Shown here: positions 25,440 through 38,451 of the stretch, piece by piece
How the letters are laid out: each line of letters starts with the position of its first letter
How positions within the stretch are numbered: position 1 is the stretch's first letter
Origin: Gracilinanus agilis
Lineage: Eukaryota
Assembly: GCF_016433145.1 (NCBI RefSeq)
Contig: NC_058136.1
Span: 41,855,852 to 41,919,851, forward strand
Reading direction: 5' to 3'
Length of the DNA: 64,000 nucleotides
Notes under the pieces: model-generated
The model's input: the letters and a program-made list of their open reading frames with translations, nothing else
Told to the model about the DNA's origin: nothing
The model's database searches: none
Made by a program: the position numbers and the translations under genes

Positions 25440-26250
25440 TTGTTCAACTGTTCCTTATCGATGGCTCAGTCCAAAGCTCAATTGTTGCAAGTATTTTTTA
25501 AGAGGCTATGTATCAGGCATTGTGGGAATATAAATTCAAAAGTGATGGGATCCTGCTCTCAAGGAACTTGCATTCAGATGGGAGCACCCATAGTCACAGA
25601 TAAACTTTCAAAACCAGGATGTGAGCAAAATAAATATAGAATTCACAGATATGGTGGCACCTGAGTTTAGCCTTGGAGAAAGTGAAGTACACCTATTCAG
25701 GAGGAAAAATATTCTAGGCACAAGGGGAAGAGAGCCTGTGTAAAGGTGAGGAGTTGAGAGCTGGAGAAGTGTATAACACGGAAAAGAAAGGAGACAAGTT
25801 GGAAAGGATCCACTGGATAGAGAATGATAGTTAAAAGGAAGGCAAGGCAAACTCCCAGAGGATACAATATAGAGGATACAATGAGGGCACAGAAAGAGAG
25901 GTTTAGCCTCGGTAAGAAAAACTGACCACCTCTTCTTCCAAGACTGAAGCAAAGGGAGAGAAGTAGGAATGCTGTCGAAGAGACATGAAACCTGGAAGTA
26001 GGAAGAAGATGGAGCTCTTGAAGGGATTAATTCAAAAATTAATTTGATACTCACTGAACTATTGAAGATGTGACAACTGTCTAAAGACAATATCACACTA
26101 TCTGCCGTATCCCATCTTATGATACTAGTTCACACATCAAGTGAAGGCAGCAATCAGTATCAAAGGGTCAAGGTTATAAAGGGAAGAAACTTCCCTGAGG
26201 TAGCCACAGGACCAGAAGTTTGAAGGGCTTTGGCTATAATGGATGAACAA
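25440..26250 (-). mobile_element. L2 remnant (minus strand)
   Basis: Purine-rich reverse L2 signature (caagtatttttaagaggctatgtatcaggcattgtg..., tgatactagttcacacatcaagtg). Boundaries approximate. Confidence 0.55.
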
Positions 26251-26725
26251 TATGACTGTGAAGTGTCATGAGTGAATTACATAGGATGAGTGGACTAACA
26301 TCAAACCATGATGTCTCTATAGTCTGCATTCTTGTCATCTAAAAGTTCCTGTATGTCACCCATTTGGGAACTATGAAGAAAGGTCTCAGGTACTTTCTGT
26401 GGGACTTCTCCATCAAGTGAGATTATGTATATAAAGCACTTTGAAAATCTAAAATGCTATTTAAAGGTCCACCATTGTCATAGCATCTTCCATTTGGCTG
26501 GAGATGGCTAATCTTTGCACCTCAATAAGAAAATGTTTTGAAAGCACAGGACCACTTGCTTATGCTATCAGCTCTTTTAGTGTAATCCAACACAAGCATG
26601 CTCAGTTTATTACCTCAAGAAAACAATGCAGGCCCAGCTTTTTGGCACAAGACTCCACTCCATAGGAGGCACAGAACTGAGCATTGCACATCATACTATG
26701 TACTAAGTACCTAATTCTTTTTTAT

Positions 26726-27830
26726 ATGCACACTGAGGCAATTGACAGAGTGGAGTTCCATTGAAAAAACCACATTAACCAACAGCTCCAGCTTCCTTCA
26801 CTGAGGAAATACAGTTTTGGCAAATTCTTTGGGGATATACTCAAGGCCTTAAATACACAGAATATAAACCATTAAAAATCAGCACTTGGAAATAAGCCGT
26901 CACAAAATTCCAAATGTAAATCAACCTTAACTTTGAATATAATTCAGGAAAAACTAAACCAAAACGTGGAAGGGGAAGGCAATAAGAGAAAACAGAAGGA
27001 AAGATTTAAGACATTACAAACATTTCAGTTCAATCTGTTAAATTTAAGTTATAGCACCCTGAATCCCAGAATATCTCCAACTATGTTATACCTACAAGAA
27101 TAACTTTTTTATATTATTGAATTCAACCACTGTGATAACTTAATATAGCTAAAGTTGGGAATTAGGGGGAGGGAGCAAAGAAAATTCAAGGAGAATGAGC
27201 AATTATTCAAGTTAGTACTAGCCTCCCAACCCCAGCTTAATCCATACAACACTGTCAAGGGCTGGCTGAACAGTGTTACTAGGGGCAGTTAACTCCATAG
27301 AGAAGTTGTAATGAAAACACAATATGGCAATGATCAACAAAGTGAACTTGGGGGAGCTATTGCTGCCCAGGTTCAAACACAAAACAGTTCAGAAGATGAT
27401 GATCAACTGTTTTACACCTCAAGGGGCTTGGCAATGTTATCCAGGACATTACCTATGTAGTATCTCCAGTTATAAGTTCAAGGAATTAGATGCTCTTCAG
27501 AAAGGCCACATCAGAAAGCATTATAAGACAACTTTGCATATTAAGAGAACTTGTTAGATCCTTCTTCACTACTTCAAGGTCCTGTGCTTTCATTGGTTTG
27601 GCACTCCTTCTACGGACACAGAGCACCAATCCTCTACAACTCTGTGGGTGCTTTTCTAGACTTGCTGTGGCTGAAAAAACACAGGCAACCCAATGATGAG
27701 CCAATCCAAACTTAGTCAGGTAGGACAAAAGACATCGATGGCCTGTCCTTTGGTTGTAAGAGCAAACACAAGCAGTAATGTGGAAATGATCAGAAATCAA
27801 AGTCTACTCGATTTCACTGGGCCCATATAG
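26726..27830 (+). pseudogene. Candidate endogenous bornavirus-like nucleoprotein element (EBLN-like), decayed
   Basis: ATG at 26726 opens a frame with few stops that, after one frameshift in the A-run near 27680, ends at TAG 27828-27830 (~368 codons; BoDV-1 N is 370 aa). By-eye colinear motifs: FNHC, NP..WLN, DQ..M..T..YL, PxLxxxxHxxxxxxAP, WxK..NPxM and C-terminal E(x10)TGxx*. Not verified by a search. Confidence 0.45.
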
Positions 27831-30119
27831 GAAGCTTTTCCAGGGTGGCAGGATCTGCCAGAGCTTATGCTCTCCTAGCATAACCTGGAGGAAACCATAT
27901 GAATCTCCACACTGCCTAGACAGACATAAATGTAGTCGGTAAGCACACATACACCTTTTTCCCCTATCTTTTGTAACTAATATTTAAACTGAGATTTTAA
28001 ATTTGTGAAAGTTTTACAGAGATTCTCTCACTTGAGCTTCCAAATGACCCTTGAAGGTAGGTCTTAAAGCTACCATGAAGTTAAGGAAAATAGGGTTCAG
28101 CAGGGAGGCCTGGTAAAGAGTGGGGAGAATTCCCAAAGAGAACATTTGTTCTACCAAGAAATGCAAATCAACAACTGCTGAGCAATTTACTCTTAAAGAG
28201 TTGCCAAGACCACTAAACTTGAAGTCAAATGTCTGTGATGTCAGTCTGTGATAGAGGTGGCATTTGAAGCCAGGTCTTCCTCACTCTAGGGCCAATTCTT
28301 TACCCAGTGTTTCTTAGTACCTCTCAGTCACATCCCTAGTTAGAGCCAGGAAGTGTCAGGGGAAGATTTGAGCCCAAGTTTTCTTGTTTCTGAGGTCAGC
28401 ACTACAGCAACAATCTGATCTGTTCCTCTAGAGATAGAGAATGATTTAAATGGCTATTTACAGCTAACTACAGGAATGCAAACATAAAATTAGATCTCCG
28501 AAATGCTCAATTCAAATAGAACTCAGAGCTCATTAACATAGATACTATCCTACCATTCATCCTAGCCCAACTTGTTTTCTACATACTCCCAAATATTTAT
28601 CACAGGAGATCCACCCATTATGCTGGGGACCTGTCCTCACTTTTTATTAGCAACACAAGGATATTACACTTTCCATTGATGTCTCTCACCCATATCACGT
28701 GACAAATCCAACTTCTTTTCATTCATCTTTTTTTATTACGTTTTTTTAATTGATCCTCTTGCACAATTATTTGTCTGTAAAATATTAAAGCTTGCTTATG
28801 CCCACAAAATGTCTCTATTGCCCACCAGATTGGCCTCCTTCAGTTGACTCACAGTGCTATAACAACACTGGAAGAATATTGGCATTAAAAAGATGGGCCC
28901 TTGTTTCAGAGATAAGCAAAAGTACTTTACAATTTCCCAAAAGCAATCTAACCTACTTTCCCCCTCCTATGTTCAATTTTGGGCTCAATTCATTGTTCAT
29001 ACACATTATCCTTCCAGTCTCACAAGTCAGTAACTGAAGTAGTATCCTCAACTCCTCCCTTCCCCCTCATCCCACAACCACCAATCAGCTGCCAAATATG
29101 AGCTCCCAAGCTACACTGTTATTAAATTAATTTGCATGTATTTGTGTTCATTAACTTTATACTGTTTCTTTTTATGTACTTGTTGTCTCCATTAGGTTCT
29201 CTGCCACTGATGAGGAGGCTTAATTCATTCTTTGTACTTGTATCCCAAGTGCTTAATAAATATTTGTTGACTGATATCTGACCAAGATGGAAATAGTGAT
29301 AGATGATCTCTGTAGTCTGAACAAGAAGCATTCTTCATCCACTTAGTTGTACCAGTGTCAGTAGTTACACTCATCTCCAAAGAGTAAGAATGGATCTACT
29401 TTTGGAGGCTCTGTATGTTCTGAGGCCTGGTACATGTTAGAGAATGTAATACTCAAATGAGAGTATCTGGAAGACCACTGGATGTCCTCCATGACAATGG
29501 ATAACACCTTTATTGAGCCTCTATGCCCCAACTTTATGCCTTGTTTGGCATTGGTTACAAAGGGCTGCCAAACAAGATTCTATTGATTTATCTCTCAAAG
29601 CCTCTTTCATAACTTTAATATAAGTAGAGCATACATGTTGTTAGAGAGCTGTTAAGATGATGTCTTGTTCTGTCAAATTATGTTTAATATATTTATTAAC
29701 GTGTTGATAATATATTACTACATTTGATATTATATTACATCATATAAGGTGTTACTAATTAGTAAGGATAAATATTAATTATTTAATATAAGAACAATTT
29801 TCTTTTAATTGTTTTAACACAAAATTAAATACATAGGCATATAGCGAAATAAGAAAATTATAGGCGTCACTCAAATTTGAAAGAAGACACATTCAAGGAA
29901 AAAAGTAAAGCCCATATTCTAACCAATATAGCAGCCTTTTCTACTCGGCCTAAATAATTGCCACTTTTGGTAGAGAAACAAGTAAATGATTATTTCTAGG
30001 TCTGCCTCTTTCTCCTGTACTTCCTTGAAGCCAGGTCTCTGTAGGTTAAACAGAGCATTAAGAAAAGTATTCCGACATCCCGATTAAGAAATGCTTCATT
30101 ATTATATTGAATATGTCTG

Positions 30120-31100
30120 CTTTCAATAAAATGCATATACAATTCAACATTTATTAAGTACCTATTGTTAGGTATTAGGGATACAGATAAAAAGATGAAA
30201 AAGTAGCTTTGCCCTTAAGGAGTTTACATTCTACTACAGACAACCAGTGATGCAGTGGCTAGAGGAAAGGCCAAAGTTCAAATTTATTCTCAGACACTTT
30301 ATTAGCCATAAGACCCTGTCTGCCTCAGTTTCCTCAACTGTAAAATGGAGATCATAATAGCACCTACATAACAGGATGTTTTAAGGATCTAAAGAGATAA
30401 GACTTAGTACAGTGTCTGGCACTGAGCAAGCACTAAGAACGCTTGTTCCCTTCTCTCTTCCTCCTACTAGAAAAAAACAAAAATGTAAAAGGTAAGTAAA
30501 TATGAAATAATCTGAGTAATTGGAGAGAATACGAATAACTCAGGACAGGACCAGGAAAGATATTCCTGAGAAGGTGGAGCCTGAGCCTTGAAGGACACAA
30601 AGGCTTCCAGGAGGCAGAGAAGTGTAAAAGGAGCACAGTGCAGGCATGGAGGACAACTCATGCAGAGACAATTGGGTAGGAGAAAAAATGCTTAGTTTTG
30701 GAAAGAATAAGACAGTTTGACTGGAAAGTCACTGAAATATCTGTAAGCAAAGGAATGACAAGGTGTGCCTAGAAGAATATCACACTGGCAGTTGTGTGGT
30801 AGAGGAAGGGACTAGAGTCTGGGAGACCAATTAAGAGGCTTTTCAATAACCAAGCAAAAGGTGAAAAAAAGGGTTGAACTAGCATGGTGACCCAGGAGAG
30901 AGAAGAGGATCTAGGGGAGGTAAAAGCTACAAAAACTAGCAAAGCTGAGTGGCTAGAAGGATGCTGGTGTCCACAACAAAAACAGGTTAAGGGAGGAAGA
31001 AAGGATGGGCGGGGCAGTGGGGAAAGGGATCCATTGGGAACATGTTGAGTTTGAAAAATATAGATACCTTTGCTAATTTGCTTGTCATCCTCCTTGCTCA
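30120..31100 (-). mobile_element. L2 remnant interrupted by a MIR (~30240-30440, +)
   Basis: Reverse L2 3' end and body. MIR core gcctcagtttcctcaactgtaaaatggag inside. Boundaries approximate. Confidence 0.6.
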
Positions 31101-33753
31101 GGGGGCAATGCAAGTCTCCTGTGTATTGTTCCAATAAACCATAAATCACCTTCATTTGTATTTTCCCTTGACATTTTCATCTAGACACCAGTTTGTAAAA
31201 CTGATACACTACTCCAGGGTTAAGGTGGCAGGGGTCTATTATCCTCACGTTAAGTGGGATTCAAATTTTTTAAAAGACTAATAATAACCCCAGTCAAATC
31301 GCATGATTGACATTCCTTTTGTTTTCTTTCAGGAAAGTCACATGTTTGGCCCACGGTTTCAAGATTTAGTCATATTGCAAAACCTGACGCAGGAAAAACA
31401 CAATACTTAAACTTCTAGGTGAGTACCACATGGCCCAAGGAATAAGTCCGGACATCTCATTTGAAACCAAGCATTCCAAAGTTCCATTTTAAACACTGCT
31501 GAAACAATACTTGATTCATTTTGAAGTTAGAATGTTTTTTGTAACACCAGGCACATTTACCAAAAAAAGAACAACCCCCCCTAAAAAAACAACTTTCCTG
31601 CTGACACAGGAAGACCAGTTTCTACTTTCAAAACGCCATTTACTATTTAGAAATTGTATTTCTTCTCATTTCTTAGTATCGCATCTTGTTAAATACTCAA
31701 TAGTCTGGCATCAGGGGCTACTTACAAGGCATAGAAGAGCTTTTGTATTGTCCTACTTGAGAATGATGACTTAAATATACAGGCATTATGCCTTAAGACA
31801 ATCCGGAAATCTCATCTTCATTTTACAAATAAAGAAATAGGTTTGTTCTTAAATATTTATCTTTAATAATTTGAACAGCTCCTCTGCCTCAAAGGACACA
31901 ATTTCTGATATACAGTCCCACAAATAAAATTACCAACACATACTAAGTGGCAGCTTTTTTAAAAATGCACCTTCATAAAGACTAGAGGAAAATAGGCAGA
32001 TACAGATAATCACCTGAACCAGAAAAGCCCAAAGCTCACTAATCTTAGTTTCGCTTCACATGTAAAACTCAAATCTCAAGAATTTTCTCTAACAGAAATA
32101 GCATGGAAGTCTTTCAAATTCAAACAATTGATGCTCTTAAAGGTAGTCAAAGAGTCCATTAAAGATGCAAACTGCAGAACTGACTTACTCTTTAGGCTTT
32201 GGGGAAAAAATGTGTAATTCTTACACTAAAAATAAGGAGAAAAAGAAAGAAACTTGCTGTGGATGGATCATTTCTTTAACCATAAGTAAATATTAGTTCT
32301 TAAAGTCAGCGTACCATGATAGCTTGTGATGAGGGTAAATGAGGCTGCTGCAACACTGCACCCTTTTCAGTTGATGTTTTGTTACAAACTTGGCATGAGA
32401 AAACCTAAAAAAATATTTCACAAGCTCGTGGGATGTTATATGATCATATAGCCAACTTGCCCTGTCTAGGATTTTTCCCCACCGATGTTCTAAATACATA
32501 TTTGTCTGTGCAAAATGGAGATGTGTTTGTGGGAAACTAAGGAAATGGGAGAAAAAATAAAGATAGAAAAATTATGAGTATAACAGTTTGGGCATCCTTA
32601 AAATATTCCAGAGGAATAAAACTATTAGTTATTCATTTTTCAAGATGTCCTTTCAATCTAAATCCTTAATGTTCAACTTCATCACTCACATCTAAAATAT
32701 TTGGGTTAGTTTTCCATGATATATTTTTTAAAACTGTATTAGTATCTGAAATTGATTTTTCCTAACACTATACTCACATAAGATAAACATAAAATAAAGT
32801 ACTTACACCACTCCCAGCATATCGAACAATAAATAATAGATTCCCCTGACAGGACTTTGATGACCTGGCAAAGCCCGAGTGCTTTCAGCCAAAATCATAT
32901 GAAACCATAAATCACTCTTTATTTTATAGAACATTTCAAAATGGATTCCTGCTTTCTACCTTGAAAGTCATTTCATGTGTTATTTATAACCAGTGAAGAC
33001 CAGAATGGAAAGAAAATTGCATAGAACTAGAAAATTTACTGTGACTGCTTTTATAAAGGATAACTTCTTTTTAGGAAAAAAAAATTAAAATTACTGACAA
33101 GGAAAAACTCGCAAATACAACAAGCTTTTAGAGAGCCACATCCTTTCTTTTTATAACTTAGTCTCAAATACAGACCTTGTGCACTATCATAAACAACTGC
33201 AAACAGCATTAAGGCTATAAGACTGCCAGGCTGAGCGGAGGAGATGCCAAGTGAGAGTGGTACAACGAACTCTTCCTATTGCAAACCCAGGAATTGAATG
33301 ACCCCATCATATTAAATGCTGGATTGCAGCTGAAAAACACTTTTTTTCACTGCTTCCTATTGTCAATTACGTATTTACATTTTGTCCCCTGGATTTGCTC
33401 CTTGGCAAGATTTTAAATGTGAACAAAAGGGCATGGAACAACAGTGGTCCAGGAACTACTAAATCTAATATGTAAACATCGTTTAAACATCTAAATCTAT
33501 TATGTCTATAGTTTCAAACACTCTGATCCCGAATGTGGCATATCTTAGAAGAGTATAATCATTTCAATATTGTGGCGCTTACTTTTTGAAGAGCTTTAAT
33601 ACTATTTGGAACCACTTTAGGCTGCTATGTAATTCCTGGTACATTAAAAACATGTTTCCTTAACTTACTGACTTGCTAAATTTTTGTTTTTGAAAACACT
33701 TTGGTAGCTTTTCTAATACCAGTTGTATAAACATTAAGAATCTTATTTGAAAA

Positions 33754-33956
33754 GGGGACAGCTGGGTGGCTCAGTGGATTGAGAGACAGGTTTAGAGATG
33801 GGAGGTCCTGGGTTCAAATCTGGCCTCAGACACTTCCTAGCTGGGTGATCTTGGGCAAGTCACTAAACTCCATTTGCCTAGCCCTTCCCATTCTTCTGCC
33901 TTGGAACCAATACACAGTATTGATTCTAAGATGGAATTAAAAGGCTTTCAAAAAAA
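33754..33956 (+). mobile_element. SINE1_Mdo-like SINE
   Basis: tRNA-like head with A and B boxes, A tail. TSD AAGAATCTTATTTGA / AAGAATACTATTTGA. Confidence 0.9.
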
Positions 33957-34086
33957 AAGAATACTATTTGACATCTTCAGTCCTGGACTTCAAGTCAGGG
34001 CAACTAGAATAGGTGTCTTGTAACAAGCCACTTCCCTTCTTTGGATCTCAGTTCTATCATGTAAAAATGAAGGCATTAGATTAGAC

Positions 34087-34279
34087 CAGTGATTCCCAAA
34101 GTGGGCGCCACCGCCCCCTGCTGGGTGCTGCGGCGATCCAGGAGAGTGGTTATGGCCACAGGTGCATTTATCTTTCCTATTAATTGCTATTAAAATTTTT
34201 TAAAAATTAATTTCCAGGGGGCTAAGTAATATTTTTTCTGGAAAGGGGGCGGTAGGCCAAAAAAGTTTGGGAATCACTG
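34087..34279. mobile_element. hAT MITE, family 2
   Basis: Perfect 14-bp TIRs CAGTGATTCCCAAA / TTTGGGAATCACTG. Exact TSD GATTAGAC. 193 bp; retains CpGs. Confidence 0.93.
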
Positions 34280-35377
34280 GATTAGACCTTCTCATTTTTC
34301 AAGTCCCTTACAGCTAGCTCCAATGTGCAATCCCTTCAGGTTTTCCTGGCCAATGATTCCAACAACCTTGTCTTGGGACTTCAAATATTATATCTTGTCC
34401 TTCTCAACTGATAAAATATCCCAGAAATGCCAAAATTCCAAGAACTAATAACAAAATGAATCAAGCTAATAAACGTTATAAGAAAAAATATGTCACAAAA
34501 GGATTTACAGTCATACACTATAGAGAACCACTGACTGAAGAAACATGGCAACTGCACATTAAAAAGTACACATGCTTATATCTGCTATGTACCCCTCTAA
34601 CTAGGCAAGTAATATGGGGCTGGGAGGGTACCTGTTGGACAGTTGGGCAAAGTTGTAGAAATAATTGGCAGCTGTTTCTGTTATAAAAATCCTGAAATTG
34701 CTTATTGTATGTGCAATCCAACTCTACATGTAGAAGAAAAAAATCACTTTTTTCTGATCCTATGTTCCAATGGCTAGTTTGGAAAAATGAATCTAGTACC
34801 TTATGAGTACAACATTGCAGCCCACAGTTTATTTAAGACAGTGAGGTAGTACAGGAAACACAGCACAGGGCTTTGGAATCAAGAAGAGCAGAATCCAAAT
34901 TCAGCATCAGACACTTACTGAGACTCTGGACAAGTCGCTAACCTCTGGAATGCCTCAGTTTCTTCAACTGTAATTTAAGGATAATAGTAGCATCTATCTC
35001 CCAGGGTTGTTGCAAGGGTCAAATGAGATAATATTTGGGAAGCATTTAAGAATTCCTCAAGCACTACATAAGATCAAGTTTTTATTATCATTTTACAGTT
35101 TCATGGTCTAGCAGAAAGAGCTTGGAAGATGAGCAATGAGGTAAGCAGAACCAGGAGAACAATGGCCACAATATTATAAAGGAAAGCAACTGAAAGCCTT
35201 CAGACCACTGCCCACTGGAGGAATGGATTATGACTCTAGTATAAGGAATCATGCAGCAGGACTGGGGGTGAGGGACATCTAATGATGCAAAAAGAGGCAT
35301 ATATTTTTATTCACAAAGACATTTATCTTGTTATACTGTGTAAACTATTCTTATTTGTAAAAAAATGGGCTGGAGAG

Positions 35378-35410
35378 AGGGAAGGGAAGGGAAGGGAAGG
35401 GAAGGGAAGA
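35378..35410 (+). repeat. (GGGAA)n simple repeat
   Basis: Tandem agggaagggaagggaag... Confidence 0.9.
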
Positions 35411-37789
35411 ATTTAAAAAGAGAGAGAAGGAAGGAAGGAAACAAACAAGGAAACAAAGAAAGATGCATCAATGGAACATTTAAAAAACACACAGAAGAGG
35501 GAAGAAGTAAGTTTAGAAGGGTACAAAGATAAGTAGGGCAGTGTTGGTACTATCATGTTAAGTTCAAGATAAGCTTTTTCAAAAAAGCCCTACCTTCTAT
35601 CTTAAAATTGATACAAGTATAAGTCCCTAGGCAGAAGACCAATAAGGGCTAGGCAATTGTGGTTAAGTGACTTGCTCAGGTCACACAGCTAAAAAGTGTC
35701 TGAGACAAAATTTGAACTCATGTTCCCCTGACTTTGGCATGGCACTCTATCCACTGAGCTACTCAGTTGTCCCTTAAATTCACTACATACTTTTAAAACA
35801 AGCTACATATTATAGACATTCATGATTTCATATAGAATCCTCCTGGGTTTTTTTGTATATAAAAATGTTCATGTTTGTTGGTGTTTAATATAATTTTTAA
35901 AGCCCTAAAGCTTCAAGTGGAAAAAATACTAGACCAAGTCTAGAGATCTAGTTTTAGCCATTAACTAAGGCAGACCCTGTGCAAGTCATCTAATTTCTCT
36001 AGGTCTCACTCATATATAGTCTTTTTTGCAAGAAAATTTCATAATTCTATAAAGTAAAATATTTGTCCAAATTTAAATAGGCTCACATCTCACTCAACAG
36101 TTATTGTCAATAGATTATGAAAATGTAAGGTTAGAAGAGACATACACTATATAACTGAAAAGGTACAATAAAGACTTCATGGACTGTATAATTTTGAATC
36201 CGGTCTTAAAATTGGGTGAGTGGACCCTAGGCCACTAACTTGAACCCTCTTCTGGAGCAAGTGACTTAATAAACTTTTTTTTAAGTCAATTCAATACAGA
36301 ATTTCAGAGGACTAAAGGCAAAAGGAAACTATCAAATAAAATAATTCCTTGGAAAACATTTTTAGTGATCTATACCCGACCTCTAAGTTATGAAAAAACT
36401 GCACTAACTCAAACTCTTCTAATGAAAGTTTAATTCAGTAATGCCAATATTTGCTAAAGACCTTTACCATTCCAGGAAATGAAACTGGCAGCCAGGCTAC
36501 AGTTAATTCTGCTTAATTTTCTTAAAAATAACGTTTATGTTCTATCACTATGAATGACTGAAATGATCTTTTCACAGAAAATGGTACCCCAGCCCATGCC
36601 TCCTCCCACCTAAAACACTAACAATATTTAAGCTGTGATCAGGAAAGCAAGATTCTTGTGGTAAGGCTATGCCTTACTTGTGTGCCACAGAAGAAACATG
36701 ACCCTCACTGTATTACCCAGAAAGCCATGAAGTTAAAAAAGCTTTTGAATGAGGTGGAGTGCTGATCTCCAAAATTTAATAAAATCACAGAAGAAAAAAG
36801 AACTGACTCTCAGAGATACAAAAGGCACCAGAGAATCTAAATTCCTATATCACTAAAAACCTATCTGATAGAGAAATTGCATATTAAGAACATAAGTAAG
36901 TTTCAGGTACATTTACTGCCATCTATGACAGTACATCAATGTGCATAAATCAATATTTCAAAATAAGTCATCCAAACATGGTCTCATTCCAAGCTTAAAG
37001 GAGAAATACCCCTAGCTTCTTTCCTTTTTTGGCTAAGCCAAATAAAGAAGATCCAAAATTCAGCCTGTTCCAACTGCTATGCGTGAATATAAAATGAAAT
37101 GGGGCAAACACTGAGATAACGTGAAGGGCCAGTGAAAAATTATATTCACCTATTTGGGCAAAAACCTTCCCCGGCAAACTGGACTTTTCATTTTGCATAC
37201 TAAAAAGTTAGATATCACCAGCAAGTATCTCAGAGTCAACGTCATGGATAAAATGAACATTGGGCACTGACAACCTGATTCCTAATAAATGCTCCCTGGA
37301 GGAGAATTTCCAGAAGGATGAGCCTTGTCCCTAGAAATCAAGACAAAGGGCTCAAGGGAGCCATTTATTAATTTTTAAAATAAAAAAAAAAACAAAGTAA
37401 CAATGCTGTGCTATTGGTTAATTATTTCTAGTGCGCTTTTTAATTAAAAAAAGAATAAATCACACTGGAAATAATTAAACAAAAGCATGGCATTTTTACT
37501 TTTATTTTTCCAATTCTTTTTAAAAGAAAAATCTATCCATTATTCTAGTCTTTTAACTCAATCTATCAGAGAATCTATTGAAGCCAGTCAGAAGGAGATG
37601 CGGCTCACTCAGGTAAGTCACATTCTCTCTGACCTTAAGACGACTGGCAAGTCTCTTAAGCTTGCTTGATGTAGGGCCGAACACTGAGAGACAGGTGGAA
37701 AAAGGGAGAGAGAAGGAAAAGGAAAGAGATAGACAGACAGACACCTTTGTGGCTAACAAACACCACAACTAGCTGGAGAGCATTGGATT

Positions 37790-38010
37790 CCAAGTGTCAC
37801 AAGCTTAAGGAAGGCCATGGACAAACTGGACGGCACTCAGAGCAGGACAAGAAGGATGGCAAAAGGCCTCAAAAGCCCATTTAATATGGATCCAGACTGA
37901 AAGAACTAGGGAAGTTTAACCTGGAGAAGATTCCGACCTACTGTCTTTTAAGTGCTTGAAGTACTCTCTCAAAGAAAGACCAGATTACACTTATTCCTTT
38001 TGGCCTCAAA
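37790..38010 (+). mobile_element. L3/CR1 remnant
   Basis: Degenerate DKLE..QSRTRRMAKGL..LKELGKFNLEK stretch. Boundaries approximate. Confidence 0.65.
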
Positions 38011-38252
38011 ACTTGAAGTCATAAGTAAATGAGCCCAAGCAGGGAGAGACCAGACAGCCAAGGATCACATTTGAGAGATAAGGACTCTGAGGCCTGGGAA
38101 GGTGCAGTCTACAAGGCCAATCCATGGCAGAGAGAGGAAACAAACCCAGATACTCTAACTCAGTCCAGCAGGGCAAGAAAAATTCATATGGGATTCATAC
38201 CAAGAAAAATGTCTTAACAATAAGAGCTCCTGAAAAGAGGAATGGCCTAGGG

Positions 38253-38451
38253 CAGGGGTCGGCAAAGTATGGCTCTCAAGCCATATCTGGCTCTTTTGAG
38301 GGCTCTTTCTGCAGGAGCCATAAAGTCCATTTTTTTTTTCAGGCGCTGTTACAGGAGCTCGCACTGGGAGCACTGTACAGCTCTCATGAAATTGCATTTA
38401 AAAAAATGTGGTGTTTATGGCTCTCACGGCCAAAAAGGTTGCCGACCCCTG
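38253..38451. mobile_element. hAT MITE family 1, copy D
   Basis: TIRs CAGGGGTCGGCAA / TTGCCGACCCCTG. TSD GCCTAGGG / CACTAGGG (6 of 8 match). Confidence 0.9.

Noticed and set aside
27320-27440. Resemblance to circovirus Rep (GNDQQ, RGLA) or filovirus NP
   Set aside because: Only two or three short words match, with wrong spacing, and no HUH or correctly placed Walker A motif. The bornavirus-type pattern is colinear over a much longer span.
27324-27800. Track ORFs 27324-27557, 27490-27696 and 27486-27800 as independent genes
   Set aside because: Short, overlapping and unrecognisable; better explained as alternative frames of the decayed element or as chance.
29540-29576. 11-bp perfect inverted repeat CTTGTTTGGCA...TGCCAAACAAG
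   Set aside because: Spacing does not fit an NFI site, there is no pre-miRNA-length stem or TSD, and it is plausible by chance in 64 kb.
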